A DNA stretch of 64,000 nucleotides from an uncultured delta proteobacterium (lineage in GTDB: Bacteria; Desulfobacterota; Desulfobacteria; Desulfobacterales; JAFDCJ01): positions 288,001-352,000 of the forward strand of contig CAVYNY010000009.1 of the NCBI GenBank assembly GCA_963769935.1, given 5' to 3'. Of this stretch, positions 9,282 through 18,046 are shown piece after piece (positions within the stretch are counted from its first letter, which is position 1; the number at the start of each line of letters is the position of its first letter). A program made the translations under genes and the position numbers. Below the pieces are notes generated by a model that did no database searches, was not told the origin of the DNA, and saw only the letters and a program-made list of their open reading frames with translations.

Positions 9282-10033
9282 TTTGCACCTTCTTGTTGGG
9301 AAAGTCGATGAATGGTTTCCAATAGTATTTTTTTAACATTATCAACATTATTATTAAAAATTGCCAAAATATCCTGCCAGACGGGCATTTGCTCGTCTTC
9401 TTTCCAGCAGTCGTAATCCGTCGACATGGCGATAACCGCATAGGGAATACCGGCCTCTTTTGCCAGCGCAGCTTCTGTTGCGACGGTCATATTGATGATA
9501 TCCGCTCCCCACAGGATAAACATCTTTGATTCCGCTCTGGTTGAGAATCGGGGACCTTCAATGGTTACCAGCGTTTTATTTTTGTGAACCCTGAATCCCA
9601 TTGCGGAGGCAACGGAATAGAGCAGATCGCTTAAGTTTTTATCAAAGGGGTCCGCCATAACCTCATGAAACATACCCTGACTGAAATCATCGTGGAAGGT
9701 ATTGATTCTGCGTTTGGTAAAGTCTATAAACTGGTCGGGTATAATAAAGTCGCCTCTTTGAATTTCGGACTTTAAACTGCCGCAGGCATTGGTCGCAATA
9801 ATATGGGTGGCGCCTGAATCCTTCAAGGCCTGAATATTGGCGCGATAATTTACATGGGTCGGGCTAAACTGATGACGATTGCCGTGGCGGGCCACAAAAA
9901 CAAGCTCAATATCATTTAGCTTGCCGGAATTAACCGATATTTCGCCGTAGGCCGTCGCCCGATTTTGACTTTGCAGATCTTTTATAATATCAGGATCATC
10001 TAATCCGGAACCACCGATAACTCCGATCTTCAT
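9278..10033 (-). CDS. mtnP: S-methyl-5'-thioadenosine phosphorylase
   Basis: IGVIGGSG, ARHG, NYRANI, PDQFID, IEGPRFSTRAES, STDYDCW; RBS AAGGAG before ATG 10033. Confidence 0.93.
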   Translation of the reverse strand: MKIGVIGGSGLDDPDIIKDLQSQNRATAYGEISVNSGKLNDIELVFVARHGNRHQFSPTHVNYRANIQALKDSGATHIIATNACGSLKSEIQRGDFIIPDQFIDFTKRRINTFHDDFSQGMFHEVMADPFDKNLSDLLYSVASAMGFRVHKNKTLVTIEGPRFSTRAESKMFILWGADIINMTVATEAALAKEAGIPYAVIAMSTDYDCWKEDEQMPVWQDILAIFNNNVDNVKKILLETIHRLSQQEGAK

Positions 10034-10264
10034 TAAAGACTCCTTTCCGCGACTCACACAATGTGGTTATCATCCTGAATTTTGCTCAGCAAAATAAAAT
10101 AGCAAAAAAAGCGCTTAAGGTAAAGGATTTTAACTCAAATAATTAAGCCGCCGGGGCTTCGATCAAATAAGCTTCATCAGTTTTCAAAAACCCTATCCAC
10201 CTCTGAATGGCCCATATATCAAGGCGGCTTAATTAACAGGATGCTGATAGCGGCCATCTGCTCC

Positions 10265-10294
10265 TTGACACCCATCTCTGCCCTAATCTATACT
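10265..10294 (+). promoter_or_regulatory. sigma70 promoter for the DRTGG-PHP-HATPase-ferredoxin operon
   Basis: TTGACA-18 bp-TATACT. Confidence 0.6.
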
Positions 10295-10380
10295 TTGGGC
10301 AACTTAAATTCCCGTGAGCACCCGACCTTCGGATCACTGCGACAAAATTGTTGGGGACCCTGACAACAGTTTAATGACCT

Positions 10381-10452
10381 TGTGGGAGCGGTTTTTAACC
10401 GCGATCAACCCGCTCAAGTCAACATCTGTAATCGTGGTTAAATACCGCTCCG
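10381..10452. repeat. Inverted pair of GTGG-family REP-like palindromes (REPIN-like)
   Basis: TGTGGGAGCGGTTTTTAACCGCGAT ... ATCGTGGTTAAATACCGCTCC; single copies at 16826-16850 and 32146-32202. Confidence 0.75.
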
Positions 10453-10531
10453 GCCAACTATTAACTCCAGTCTGAAAATGACATGAATTTAATAAAATTT
10501 CATGTGCGCGCAATTGTAAATAAAAAAGGAA

Positions 10532-10882
10532 ATGGGCAACATGACGGTAAATGATCTCGTGGCACGTTTTGACCTGCAGGTTGCGGCCGGTGAAAAAGGC
10601 CTTGAACGTAAAATCGCAGACGGCTACTGCGGCGATCTGCTCAGCGAAATAATGGTCAATGCCCCCGAAGGCTGTGTCTGGTTGACAATTCAGGGACATC
10701 AAAACATTGTGGCGGTCGGCGTCCTGCGTGAAATGGCCGGCATCATCATAACCGGCGGCCGGACACCGGATGATGAAACCCTGCACAAGGCAAATCAGGA
10801 AGGCATTCCTATCCTGCTTTCGCCCGACTCGGCCTATCAACTTGCAGGGCAGCTGTATGCCATCGGAGTGGGCAATCCTTAA
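10532..10882 (+). CDS. DRTGG domain protein
   Basis: GYCGDLLSEIM...VWLTIQGHQNIVAVG...IIITGG. Confidence 0.9.
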   Translation: MGNMTVNDLVARFDLQVAAGEKGLERKIADGYCGDLLSEIMVNAPEGCVWLTIQGHQNIVAVGVLREMAGIIITGGRTPDDETLHKANQEGIPILLSPDSAYQLAGQLYAIGVGNP

Positions 10883-10897
10883 GAAAGAGAATGACGA

Positions 10898-11242
10898 ATG
10901 ACGAATGTCGAAGATACTCTGAAAAAATACAAGGCCGACCTGCACATCCACAGCTGTCTATCGCGCTGCGCGGATTGGGATATGAGTCCCAGACCGATTA
11001 TCCAAAGAAGTCAGGAAGTGGGGCTTGATTTAATTGCGATCTGCGATCATAATACAGCGAAAAATGCCGAGGCAGCCGTGCGCGAAGGCCAAAAAAAGGC
11101 CTTCACGTTCCGCCGGGCATGGAAATCCGCTTTTATTGAAGACCTTGGAAAGGTGTGGACCGTATTCCGGATGGCGGGGCCCACCGTCGAAGAGGTCCGC
11201 CAATCATTATTGCAACTTGACGGAAGGAGGAATGTGGTCTGA
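10898..11242 (+). pseudogene. PHP domain protein with large internal deletion
   Basis: ADLHIHSCLS, IAICDHNTA, then (shifted frame) GLHVPPGMEI joined directly to the C-terminal FIEDLGKVWTVF; central PHP motifs missing. Confidence 0.75.
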
Positions 11243-11824
11243 TTGCATGAGCTGTCACTTCACATTCTGGATATTGCCGAAAACGGCATTACCGCCGGGG
11301 CCGACTGTATTCAAATTCTGATCAATGAAAATCGAAAGGAAGATTTACTGACGATTGCCATTACGGACAACGGACGAGGTATGCCGGCTGAAAAACTCAA
11401 AAACCCCACCGACCCGTTTATTACTTCCCGCACGACCCGCAAGGTAGGAATGGGTCTGTCGCTGCTGGCCGCAGCGGCCGAGCGATGTGACGGAAGGCTT
11501 GCAATTGAGACTGAAGCCGGCCGCGGGAGCCGGGTTACGGCCACCTTCCGCTACACTCATATTGATCGCGCGCCCGTCGGGGATATGGCCGTAACGATAA
11601 CGACCTTAATTATGGGAAATCCGCGGGTTGATCTTGTTTACCGCCACATTATCGACGCCGAGGAATTCATGCTGGACACCAGGGATCTCAAAGAGGGATC
11701 GGCGGACAATTCCCTGGCGGATCCGGTCATCCTGCATCATTTATCCCAAAGTATCCGCAATTCTCTCAACCGGCTGGCATTAAAAGACGGCACGTCTGAA
11801 CCAACGGAGGATAGTCATGGCTAA
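11243..11824 (+). CDS. HATPase_c ATP-binding protein (hnd-cluster type)
   Basis: ELSLHILDIAENGITAGA, DNGRGM, DPFITSRTTRKVGMGL, HIDRAPVGD. Confidence 0.9.
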   Translation: MHELSLHILDIAENGITAGADCIQILINENRKEDLLTIAITDNGRGMPAEKLKNPTDPFITSRTTRKVGMGLSLLAAAAERCDGRLAIETEAGRGSRVTATFRYTHIDRAPVGDMAVTITTLIMGNPRVDLVYRHIIDAEEFMLDTRDLKEGSADNSLADPVILHHLSQSIRNSLNRLALKDGTSEPTEDSHG

Positions 11825-12185
11825 ATTAACAATTGATGATTTGAAAAAAATAAAGGCGGAAACCGCCAAGAGCACTTCCCTGCGTGATGGTGCAGCCAAT
11901 GTAAAAATCACCGTTCACATGGGAACCTGTGGCATTGCCGCCGGAGCGCGTGGGGTGATGAACGCGCTGATGGAGGAGATGGCCCAGACCGATCGCCAGG
12001 ACATTCGGGTGTTCACATCCGGCTGCATGGGCATGTGCAGCAGTGAACCCAACGTAACGGTTGAAATTAAGGGCGCCGCACCGATTGTCTATCAAAAAAT
12101 GGAAGCCAACCGGATGCGCCAGGTGTTTAAACGGCATGTGCTTTTGGGTGAAGTCCAAAAGGACTTCGTGTTGGCGAAGAAGTGA
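11817..12185 (+). CDS. HndB-like thioredoxin-fold (2Fe-2S) ferredoxin
   Basis: ITVHMGTCGIAAGAR...SGCMGMCSSEP. Confidence 0.9.
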   Translation: MAKLTIDDLKKIKAETAKSTSLRDGAANVKITVHMGTCGIAAGARGVMNALMEEMAQTDRQDIRVFTSGCMGMCSSEPNVTVEIKGAAPIVYQKMEANRMRQVFKRHVLLGEVQKDFVLAKK

Positions 12186-12256
12186 CCATAATACACGACA
12201 AGTTAAAGAATGCTTAATATCCGAGTAAGCAAATAAAGACATACAGGAAGTTTCTT

Positions 12257-13363
12257 ATGAACGTCGACGGAAAAGACATTCGCACGATCTGGCTTGCTGA
12301 AGATCAAAAAGCAGTAAAAATTATCGACCAGCGTAAACTGCCCCATGAATTTATAGTGGTGGATCTGAAAACGGTGGACGACGCCGTCACAGCCATCAAA
12401 GACATGTACGTCAGGGGGGCGCCTCTAATCGGAGCCACCGGAGCTTACGGCGTTTATTTAGCCGCCCTGAACGCACCCGACACCCGCATCGACGATGACT
12501 ATATGACAAAGGCAGCCGAACGCATCAAATCCGCCCGGCCGACGGCCGTCAACCTCGCCTGGGGGGTGGACAGGGTTTTGTCTGCAGTACTGACCACCGC
12601 GGATCCTGCTGCGAAAATTGATGCAGCCCGCCAAGCCGCCGATGCCATCACCGAAGAGGAAGTGGCCAATTGCCGCCGCATCGGCGAGCACGGTTTGACC
12701 CTGATAGAGCAGATCAGCCGCCGGAAGCAAGGGCAGACCGTCAATATTCTCACCCACTGCAATGCCGGATGGCTGGCCTGTATTGAACACGGCACGGCTA
12801 CGGCCCCCATCTATGCCGCCTTTGATCACGGTATTGATATCCACGTCTGGGTGGATGAGACCAGACCGCTCAATCAGGGCACCCGCCTGACAGCCTGGGA
12901 GCTGGGCAAACACGGGGTCCGGCATACCATTATTGCGGACAACGCCGGCGGCTATCTGATGCAGCACGGCAAGGTGGATATAGTGATCGTGGGCACGGAT
13001 CGAACGGCGGTGTCCGGTGACGTCGCCAATAAAATCGGTACCTACTTAAAAGCCCTGGCTGCCTGGGACAATCAGGTGCCCTTCTATGTAGCCCTGCCCT
13101 CCAGCACATTTGACTGGAACATCAAAGACGGCATCAACGAAATCCCCATCGAACAGCGCGATCCGGACGAGATAAGATATGTTTACGGTCTGGCCGGGGA
13201 TCACACCACCCATGTATTGATTTGTCCCCGAGAGAGTCCGGCCGCCAATTTTGCTTTCGATGTCACGCCGGCCAGGTATGTCACCGGATTTATTACCGAG
13301 CGTGGAATCTGCAAGGCCACGGAAGCCGACATCCGCAGGCTGTTTCCGGAAAAAGGCAAATGA
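12257..13363 (+). CDS. mtnA: S-methyl-5-thioribose-1-phosphate isomerase
   Basis: [47 protein letters not shown]. Confidence 0.95.
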   Translation: MNVDGKDIRTIWLAEDQKAVKIIDQRKLPHEFIVVDLKTVDDAVTAIKDMYVRGAPLIGATGAYGVYLAALNAPDTRIDDDYMTKAAERIKSARPTAVNLAWGVDRVLSAVLTTADPAAKIDAARQAADAITEEEVANCRRIGEHGLTLIEQISRRKQGQTVNILTHCNAGWLACIEHGTATAPIYAAFDHGIDIHVWVDETRPLNQGTRLTAWELGKHGVRHTIIADNAGGYLMQHGKVDIVIVGTDRTAVSGDVANKIGTYLKALAAWDNQVPFYVALPSSTFDWNIKDGINEIPIEQRDPDEIRYVYGLAGDHTTHVLICPRESPAANFAFDVTPARYVTGFITERGICKATEADIRRLFPEKGK

Positions 13364-13370
13364 CCTAGAA

Positions 13371-13655
13371 ATAGAAGGGGAGAGGGTGAGAGGGTAAGAG
13401 GGTAAGAAGGTAAGAAGGGGGGGAGATGCTGGGAGGCTGGGAAGTTGGGAAGTCGAGAGGCTGAGAGGGTATGAAGCTGAGAAGATCAGAAGATTAGAAG
13501 CTGGGAAGCTGCGAAGCGGATTGGGGCAGTTTTTCGGCATTCCTGTTTCCACAAGCCATCAACTAGTAACTGTCAACCATGAACTATCATCTATCAACTA
13601 TGAACAATGCACTATTAACTCAATAAACCAAATCAACTTAATCAACAAATTAACG
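13371..13655. repeat. Degenerate 8-mer tandem (GAGAAGCT/GAGGGTAA-like) followed by 7- and 9-mer tandems
   Basis: gagggtaa gagggtaa gaaggtaa ... gggaagtt gggaagtc gagaggct ... then ccatcaa ctagtaa ctgtcaa ccatgaa ctatcat. Confidence 0.75.
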
Positions 13656-13665
13656 AGGATTTGGA

Positions 13666-14148
13666 ATGCTGACCGATCTGGAAAAAAAAATCATTGCTTC
13701 GATACAGGAAGATATGGCGATAACCGCGCGCCCCTATCTTAAAATTTCAGAAAAACTGGGGATCTCTGAAGAGACATTGCTTGAAACTCTGCAAAAACTC
13801 TGTGAACGGGGGATCATCCGTCGTTTCGGCGCAACCCTGCGCCACCAGAAAACAGGGTTTACCGCCAATGCCATGGCCGCCTGGAAGGTTGATGAAGACC
13901 GCGTTGAGACGGTCGGCAACCAGATGGCATCATTCAAACAGGTTTCCCACTGCTACCGCCGCAATCCCACTGACCGCTGGCCCTACAATCTCTACGCCAT
14001 GATTCATGCCAACGACAAAGAATCCTGCCGCCAGGTCGCCCGCCGGATGTCGCGGGAAACAGAGGTTGAAGACTACGCGCTGCTTTTCAGCCGCAAGGAG
14101 CTGAAGAAAATCTCGATGGTATACTTTCCTTCCGATGAAGATGATTGA
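13666..14148 (+). CDS. ahbB: Siroheme decarboxylase beta subunit (AhbB/NirH-like, Lrp/AsnC fold)
   Basis: GIIRRFGATLRHQKTGFTANAMAAW, VSHCYRR, WPYNLYAMIH. Confidence 0.85.
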   Translation: MLTDLEKKIIASIQEDMAITARPYLKISEKLGISEETLLETLQKLCERGIIRRFGATLRHQKTGFTANAMAAWKVDEDRVETVGNQMASFKQVSHCYRRNPTDRWPYNLYAMIHANDKESCRQVARRMSRETEVEDYALLFSRKELKKISMVYFPSDEDD

Positions 14149-14458
14149 TGGGAAGGCGGAGGTTATGTCGAATCGTAGGAGTCAAATGGCAGAGCACAAC
14201 CGACTAGAATAAATCCCAAATTCCAAGCACCAAATAACAAAAAAATCTCAAATTACAATGATCAATGACCGAAACCGGCCAAAATAGGAATAAGCAACTG
14301 TATTTTTTTATGTCCAGACTTACATTCCTGAATGATAGAGGATCGCGTATTTATCTAAAGCAATGACTAAAACAGATTAAATCCCGTTTGGAATTTTGTA
14401 TTTGGGTCATTGTAATTTATCGGAAGAATCGTAGAAACCATTAAAAGCCCGGCATATA

Positions 14459-15136
14459 CTATACCTTTTCGTAGGGTGCGTGCCGGATAATTTCCCCTTC
14501 AATCAGGTAGATTACCTCTTCGGCGATATTGGTGGTGTGATCGGCCAGACGCTCAATGTGGCGGGTGATCAGCAGCAAATTGATTAAGTAGCCGATCTTA
14601 TCCGGATTTTCTTTCATCGCCTGTTTGATTTGATCGTAGGCTTCCCTTTTAATTTTGTCGACTTCATCATCCAGCATGACAACCTTGAAGGCGATTTCGG
14701 TATCCAGATTCACCAGGGCATCCAGGCTCATTTTCAGCATGTTTTGGGCTTTTTCCCCCATGGCTGAACAGTCGAAGAAAAAATCGGACAGATCCCGCTT
14801 GGCAATAACATCGATCCGCTCGGCAATGTTAACCGCCTGGTCGCCGATCCTTTCAAGGTCGTTGTTGATTTTGATGACCGCGATCAGAAACCTTAAATCC
14901 ACCGCCACGGGCTGATGCAGGGCGAGAATTTTAAGGCACTCCTCTTCGATTTCAACCTCCATCTCATCAATTTCATAATCGGTCTTAATTATCTGGTGCG
15001 CCAACTCGGCATCATTGTTATCGATTGCATTCAGAGCCATGCGCACTCTTTCTTCGACCATGGCGCCAAGGGAAAGAATCTGCTTTTTAATTTTCTCCAA
15101 TTCGCGGGAGAAATGCTTTCGAATCATTTTTTCCAT
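14459..15136 (-). CDS. phoU: Phosphate signalling protein PhoU
   Basis: LALHQPVAVDLR, NDLERIGDQAVNIA, ERLADHTTNIAEEVIY. Confidence 0.96.
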   Translation of the reverse strand: MEKMIRKHFSRELEKIKKQILSLGAMVEERVRMALNAIDNNDAELAHQIIKTDYEIDEMEVEIEEECLKILALHQPVAVDLRFLIAVIKINNDLERIGDQAVNIAERIDVIAKRDLSDFFFDCSAMGEKAQNMLKMSLDALVNLDTEIAFKVVMLDDEVDKIKREAYDQIKQAMKENPDKIGYLINLLLITRHIERLADHTTNIAEEVIYLIEGEIIRHAPYEKV

Positions 15137-15246
15137 GGATTTACACCTGTATGCCAATTAATGCGCCCTGAAAAGCAGCACATTCCGGGTTATATAGGGT
15201 TCTTGAAAACCTGAAGCAACTTCACTTTTAAGCGCCTATCACGGTT

Positions 15247-15300
15247 AACATGCCCATATTTCGTTAGAAAATTGTTAGGGCGGTATTAGGAATCGGCTAA
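15247..15300 (-). promoter_or_regulatory. Putative Pho box plus -10 upstream of phoU
   Basis: TTAGC/CTAAT/CTAAC/CTAAC at 11-bp period, 10 bp, CATGTT. Confidence 0.7.
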
Positions 15301-15558
15301 TTCGTTCCGAATGCACCTATATAGTTAGACTTTTAAAAATTAACACACTTTTTTTGAGAAGTCGGATTCCCCTGCAAAGTGATTTTCATCCATATACACT
15401 AAAACAGCCTCCCGCGGCTAATATATTTTTAAATAATTTTTCCGCACCCAAACATCTTAATTACCTCCTGTCTTCAAATATCCTCCAACCATCTTTAACA
15501 CCGCAAAAACGAGGAGTGGAAAAATTAGTGGAAAAATTAGTGAAAAACAAATGAAATC

Positions 15559-15590
15559 TTAATCATTGTCTAATCCCAGCGCCTTACAAT
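15559..15590 (+). promoter_or_regulatory. Putative Pho box plus -10 upstream of glycosyltransferase locus
   Basis: TTAAT-N6-CTAAT, 10 bp, TACAAT. Confidence 0.6.
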
Positions 15591-15672
15591 GAATTTGAAT
15601 TTTTAAGGAGGTGCCATGACTAACTCTGCTCCACCTTAGGCAGAGAACCAAACTGATATCAAAGCGATTGCT

Positions 15673-16712
15673 ATGAAAATTCTTTACGGGGTCCAAACCA
15701 CAGGCAACGGGCATATCAGCCGCTCCCGTGAATTGATTCGGGAGCTGAAAAAACTCGGCCACACCGTTCAGGTTCTGCTGAGCGGCCGCAAGCCGACGAT
15801 GCCGTCGTAGCTCAAAGACTTGAGCCCTATCAGAGATTGAAGGGACTGACCTTTTGTACCAATCGCGGCCGGCTCAAATATTTCCAAACCGCATTCAGTT
15901 TAGACTTTGTTCATTTTTATCGCGATATCACCTCATTTAATGGGGCCGGCTTCGATCTGGTAATTACGGATTTTGAACCCATTTCGGCCCGCATCGCCCG
16001 GCGCAAATCGCTTCCGTCCATCGGGGTGGGCCATCAATACGCATTTGTCCACGCTGTCCCATTGGGCGGCGACAACCCTCTGGCCCGTTTTGTCATCAAA
16101 AACTTTGCCCCGGCGGACCATCCGGTCGGACTGCACTGGCACCATTTCAACCGGCCGATTTTACCGCCGATCGTTCCCCAAAAAATCAACGGCAGCGATA
16201 AAAAAATCGACAACAAGATCCTGGTTTATCTGCCCTTTGAACAGCTGGATGATATCCAGGAGTTGCTCAAACCGTTTCGCCGCTGTGAGTTTTTTATCTA
16301 TCACGGCCTGCCCCGGGCCGAGGACCGCGGCAACCTGCATTTACGGCCTTACTCCTGCGCCGGCTTTCTAAATGATTTGATCGAAAGCAGCGGCGTAATC
16401 AGCAATGCCGGATTCGAACTGGCCAGCGAGGCCATGCATTTGGGAAAAAAAATTCTGGTCAAGCCCCTGGTCGGCCAGATGGAGCAAATCTCCAACGCCC
16501 TGGCCCTTACTTCCTTGAAACTGGGCATGGCCATGAACCGCTTGAACAGCGTCAGAGTGGCTCAATTTCTGGATGGGCCGGCCGTGACCCCCATCAAATT
16601 TCCCAATGTCGCCCGCATGATTGTCAAATGGATTGAGAGCGGCCAATGGGAGGATGTGGAAGGTCTGGCCAAGCTGGCATGGGAGCAAACGGTTTTGCCG
16701 GATATTGTATAG
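15673..16712 (+). pseudogene. MJ1255/VC2487-family glycosyltransferase, disrupted
   Basis: MKILYGVQTTGNGHISRSRE start; in-frame TAG at 15808-15810 and a frameshift at ~15820; rest has DLVITDFEPIS, SNAGFELASEA, KPLVGQMEQISNA. Confidence 0.8.
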
Positions 16713-16734
16713 AGGTTTCAGATGCTCCGTCTCC

Positions 16735-17060
16735 GACGGACCGCTGGCCTGAAAAACGGCCAATTTGATCAATAAAAGTTAACAATGAACATCGAACATC
16801 GAATGAAGGGATTCTATCGATTTAAATCGCGGTTGCAAACCGCTCCCACAAGAACTTATAATGAAGTTTCATACGAGCGCAACCACCGGCCTGAAAAGTT
16901 TACCCGCCTTGGGAGGGCGGCAGATCTGATCGAAAAGGAAACATAATATTTCACCGCGAAAACGCAGAAATCCGCAACGGCGGATTCCGAGCTTTCGCAA
17001 CGCAGTCAGGCGGGATGCATCGGCGTATAAAATGTGAAGTTGTTTTTGAGTGAGCCCTTA
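16735..17060. repeat. Cluster of repeat copies (family A inverted x2, REP, partial MITE)
   Basis: Matches to 785-846, 10381-10405 and 1963-2035. Confidence 0.75.
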
Positions 17061-17186
17061 GTGCCTTTATATTAGTCTGGAACTTGGTTTCGTCCCCTCT
17101 TATTTCGAAAGCCGGCCGCCGCGCTGGCCGGCGGGAGGCCTATCCAGAGGAATTTCATCCATTTCCCTCAAATCCAGGGGTGATTT

Positions 17187-17591
17187 TTGATGAGGGGGAA
17201 AAAAAGCGCATCGTTGTATGATCTGCCGCAGCGTCAATGTCTACTAGGGAACGAAGAACGCCATCAAGATAATTCCCTGGATATCGGGCGCAACGAAGTC
17301 ATTGCCATGATCAGACTCTCCGGCTGCGGCAAATCAACGTTCATCCCTGAAGTCATATTAATGCATGAGCCCTGTTCCGCCCTGGATCCTATTGCCACCG
17401 TTGTCATCGAAGATTTGATCGACGAACTGCGGACCCAGTATTCCATTGCCATCGTCACCCACTCCATGCAGCAAGCTTCCCGCGCTTCACAGCGCACGGC
17501 CTATTTTCATCTGGGCAATCTTATTGAAGTCGGACCCACCGAACGGATATTCACCCGCCCCAGGCACCAATTTTCACTTCGCGGTCCTTGA
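17187..17591 (+). pseudogene. pstB: pstB (phosphate ABC ATPase) remnant with internal deletion
   Basis: [19 protein letters not shown] joined directly to [40 protein letters not shown]; region between Walker A and Walker B absent. Confidence 0.85.
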
Positions 17592-17767
17592 CTTAACCAA
17601 TTCATTCCGTACTATTGGAGAAAGTTTAGTATTTTTTAGATGTCGATGAAGCTCGCGGACTGACCGAGCGCCGGGCCAGGTTCTGCGATTAAGAGTCAGT
17701 CACCAGTGTGTCTGCATCGGTTGAGTCGTAGAGCGTCCTAATTTCCCCCAAAATGAGGAGGTTTAAG

Positions 17768-18046
17768 ATGAAACTGTTCGGAGGCTGTTTAAAAACCGGT
17801 GGAGCCATGGCTATCGGAGCCGGTGTCTTGCTGTTGGCTCCCGTCATCATCCCGGCGGTGGCAAGTGTGTTGAGACCCGCAGCCAAAGCGGTTATCAAGG
17901 GCGGAATCCTGGCCTATGAAAACGCCCGCATCGCGGTGGCGGAAACCAAAGAAACCGTTGAAGACATTGCGGCTGAAGCCCGTTCAGAGATCGCGGCCGA
18001 CCATGAACAGCCGGCCAAAGCCAGCCTTAAAAAAGCAGCCAAATAA
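17768..18046 (+). CDS. DUF5132-like small membrane protein
   Basis: GAGVLLLAPVIIPAVASVLRPAAKAVIKGGILAYE...ETVEDIAAEARSE; RBS GAGGAGG. Confidence 0.75.
   Translation: MKLFGGCLKTGGAMAIGAGVLLLAPVIIPAVASVLRPAAKAVIKGGILAYENARIAVAETKETVEDIAAEARSEIAADHEQPAKASLKKAAK

Noticed and set aside
10141..10235. SAM-I riboswitch or hammerhead upstream of mtnP (AGAGGTGGATAGGG...CTGATGAAGC on minus strand)
   Set aside because: Lacks the GCAACC/GGTGC elements and P1 of SAM-I, and lacks the GAAA core of a hammerhead
13046..13742. ORFs 13046-13552 and 13521-13742
   Set aside because: Antisense to mtnA or derived from 8-/7-mer repeats
15637..15810. Two in-frame TAG codons as possible pyrrolysine read-through
   Set aside because: A frameshift follows within 4 codons and the family is not a known Pyl user; decay or error is simpler
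17640..17740. Fluoride riboswitch
   Set aside because: CGATGAAGCTCG resembles the 5' part, but the complementary TGATGRCTTC pseudoknot strand is absent
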